Source: Magallana gigas (lineage: Eukaryota). From it: a stretch of 64,000 nt of DNA. Below the pieces are notes generated by a model. It did no database searches, was not told where the DNA came from, and saw only the letters and a program-made list of their open reading frames with translations. Below are positions 61,177 through 64,000 of this stretch, one piece after another (position 1 is the stretch's first letter; every line of letters begins with the position of its first letter). Made by a program: the position numbers and the translations under genes. The stretch lies in the NCBI RefSeq assembly GCF_963853765.1, contig NC_088855.1, positions 19,158,001-19,222,000 of the forward strand, written 5' to 3'.

Positions 61177-63047
61177 GTTATATATAAAGTGAAACTGTCT
61201 ACATTGAGATATATTACAAACAAACTGTAACAATACTCTATTTTAAACTATCTTACATGCTTTTATGTAATGCAAAGAAATCATAAAATGCCATTATTAA
61301 AAATTATAATATATTGCTTTTTATAACGGGTACGAGGCATTTTACTCATAAAATGTAACAATATACTGTATGTACTATTTTAAGAATTTTTTTTAAAGCT
61401 GCATGGTCCAATATTTTGGCTATTACAGTATCAAACAATTTTCTAAACAAACCAATTATCTTATTAAGTTTTAGACTTTCGCCTGTTTACACCTGCAGCA
61501 TCGATCTTCTTTCAATGTTTGAAATATTCAAAGGTAATAAAAATAATTTGTTTTTGGGAACACAAAAAACCCTCTAACCTGCAGAGGCATCGTGGTTATG
61601 TTCAGAAAAGGTCCCCCCCCTCGAACGATAAGATTTATTCAACCCGCATACTTCAGAAATATTAGTGGACAAAATGTATACAGGTTATTTTTTAAAGTTT
61701 GCATAAACAATGATGACTTTATTTTTAGCGACTATTAAAGCCGTAATACAGTCATACCCGCCTCGACGTCGGGGGCAAATTTTCATGTAAGGCGAAATAA
61801 TGAGATGCCTGTTTATGTCAAGTTTGATTTGTTAATTGACCAGGAAAACTACTGCTATGTCTTATTTTATACAAATTCTTAGCATAACCATCGTTTAAAA
61901 GCTTACTCACAATTTGATATAAAATTGGACCCAGCAGCTTTAAAACGCTTGCATGAATTCATTTTCTTATATGAATAAATAAGAAATATCAACAACCTTT
62001 ATTGCTTATTGGTTTCGAAATAACCTTTCTCTATGCATTCCAGTGAAAGATTCCAAAGACTACTTATGAAGTTTACTTCCTCTAGAATTTATATATCTAT
62101 ACTACTATATTAAAATAATAGACTAAAATTTTTGGGCTTTAATACCGAGAAATCGGAAGAGTACTGTCTTTTGTTTTTATATATTTTTAACATCATTGGT
62201 ACTTGGTGATTACCAGTTTGTTTTTATTTTTTATCAATCAGGCTTCGCTAATTAATAATCAACGTAAATTCCTTTAAAATCCCCGGAAATCGTCTGAATT
62301 TTTCGGTTTTACAATCTTGCGCATGCGCATTACATTCAAGCTAAATCACGGGGTGCTCTGTAGTTTATGCCAGTTTCCACAATATCACATTTGCATGGAT
62401 AAACTTAATCAAAGTACTGAAAAGCGCTAACCTAGCTTTGTTCTAAAGGAAATTTACTTTGTGCAAGCTTAGTTAGAAATGAGACTTATCGCCAAAATGT
62501 TAATTAATATTAATTGAAAGTATCTAATGCCAGAAGGGTCGAAATGGCGTTTAAGTTGTACCCATCCAAAATTTATCCTTATTTAATTTAATTTGGTTAA
62601 GAAAATTTGGTCGAAATTACGTTTCTTTTAAATATACAGTCATGTATATTATGATTTATCATATACACTAAAGTTAATTTAAATCAAAGTTGAACACGAC
62701 TTGTAAATGGACACCTGCCTGAATCGTGTTATATAAAAGCCTTTGATTTTGTTACACTTTATTTCACATCTGTACCTTGTGTGTGACGTGTTAAATACGT
62801 TTGTTTGACAAATGTCTGCACTTGTATTGTCGTTATACGCGTGCATTTTCTTATAATTGTATTGCATTGACCATTATAATTGATGTTCTGAATCTTCTTC
62901 TGCATATGTACTGCATTTATCTGGTAAATTGTTGCGTCTAATAACAAATGTAAGCGACGTAAAATATACGTCCACACAGATGAGATCTACTATGCAAACT
63001 TCCTTAAATATGTGCTGTGAGGAAAGCGGCGAACACCAAGAACTGTA

Positions 63048-63829
63048 CTGGTGCTGTACCAGTTATCGGCTAAGACCAGTTATCGGATAAACTGAGAGTT
63101 CGGGTTTATAGCACGCGACAATCCAAGATTTTTTAATTCAGTCGTCTTTTTCGAATAAAGAAAAGTAAGTTTGCTTGAAAACTTTCTTGAATATGTTTTA
63201 TACACGAGCTTAAACGATCATTGTTTACCGCTGATTTTACATCTTTGCACTCTCAGCAGTGGGGGAAGTGACGTAATAAGTTAAAAAAAGAATATTACCT
63301 CTTTGTGATACGTTATTATATCCCTTCTCTGATTTGACATATAATATCAATACATTTAACATTATACACAAAAGGAATTCACAAATTTCCGAGAGATTCG
63401 TAACGCAATTGAACGCCTGATTGCACAATTATGTATTGAATAGTCTACAATTTGGTGCATTACCGTATGATAATAAACGAATAATTTTATGAGTTTTGTT
63501 TATAATGTATCACAACCCCGACTACTTTAGTCTGACCCCACAAGGGGCATAATTCAAACTACATTTAGCAGAGTATAAAATCAACATGAACACGGATTTT
63601 ACTATGTTATTATCACAAAGCCGATAACTGGTACAGTAAATCGTAACAACTCGGCAAATTCGGGGCGTGCTAAAAAGCACAAAACAAGATCTTTTTGGTT
63701 CTTAATAACAATATAAACTAACAGATTGATAAATAAGGATTTCACTTTTTAAAAGTATGTCAAGTTTTATCCAAAAATATCAAGAAAAAGAAAACGTTAA
63801 ATTTTAGCCGATAACTGGTACAGTGCCAG
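63048..63829. mobile_element. ~780-bp TA-flanked MITE
   Basis: TA|CTGGTGCTGTACCAGTTATCGGCTAA ... TTAGCCGATAACTGGTACAGTGCCAG|TA (2 mismatches). The CCAGTTATCGG motif recurs internally at ~63078 and ~63621. Confidence 0.75.
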
Positions 63830-64000
63830 TATGTGGCTATTTACAAGTCGTTTTGATTTTTCCACATTCCAGCTTCTGTTTATGCACTCACAAGATTAGC
63901 TTTTTTAAAAGCTAAGAAACTCAGTCACTGGAATATACATTTTAGGTGACAAGAGACTACACACTCTACATGTATAAAAATACAAGATATAAATATTTTG

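Noticed and set aside
1-64000. CRISPR array, operon or other prokaryotic defence system
   Set aside because: The DNA is eukaryotic (spliceosomal introns, microsatellites). No regularly spaced repeat-spacer array was seen.

Overview
AT-rich, intron-containing animal DNA, probably a bivalve or oyster (inferred from repeat types and gene style). Host genes: (i) a 55-nt first coding exon on the minus strand (MKTKSMPRRKQVQPKRLQ) of a probable teashirt/TSHZ-like gene, whose large first intron appears to fill 1-22.5 kb; (ii) head-to-head with it, a ZNF407-like zinc-finger gene with a single-exon CDS (27186-31163); (iii) PEDS1/TMEM189 (minus, 5 exons), head-to-head with (iv) MTG2/GTPBP5 (plus, 6 exons); (v) an FBXO31-like gene (plus, 9 exons). 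The standout is a complete, apparently intact 7,804-bp AcademH-type DNA transposon (46514-54317). It has 542-bp TIRs in which I found no mismatch by eye, a perfect 9-bp TSD (GGTTATGTA), and two convergent spliced genes: a 447-aa RecQ-like helicase and a 973-aa Academ transposase. Each start codon sits about 67 bp inside a TIR. Also present: a solo LTR nested in the TIR of a TTAA MITE that carries a tRNA-like head, a triplicated splice acceptor in MTG2, a 54-bp-stem hairpin just after the FBXO31 stop codon, and many MITE, HINE and LINE fragments. All exon structures were assembled by hand from GT-AG sites and reading-frame continuity. No database searches were run.
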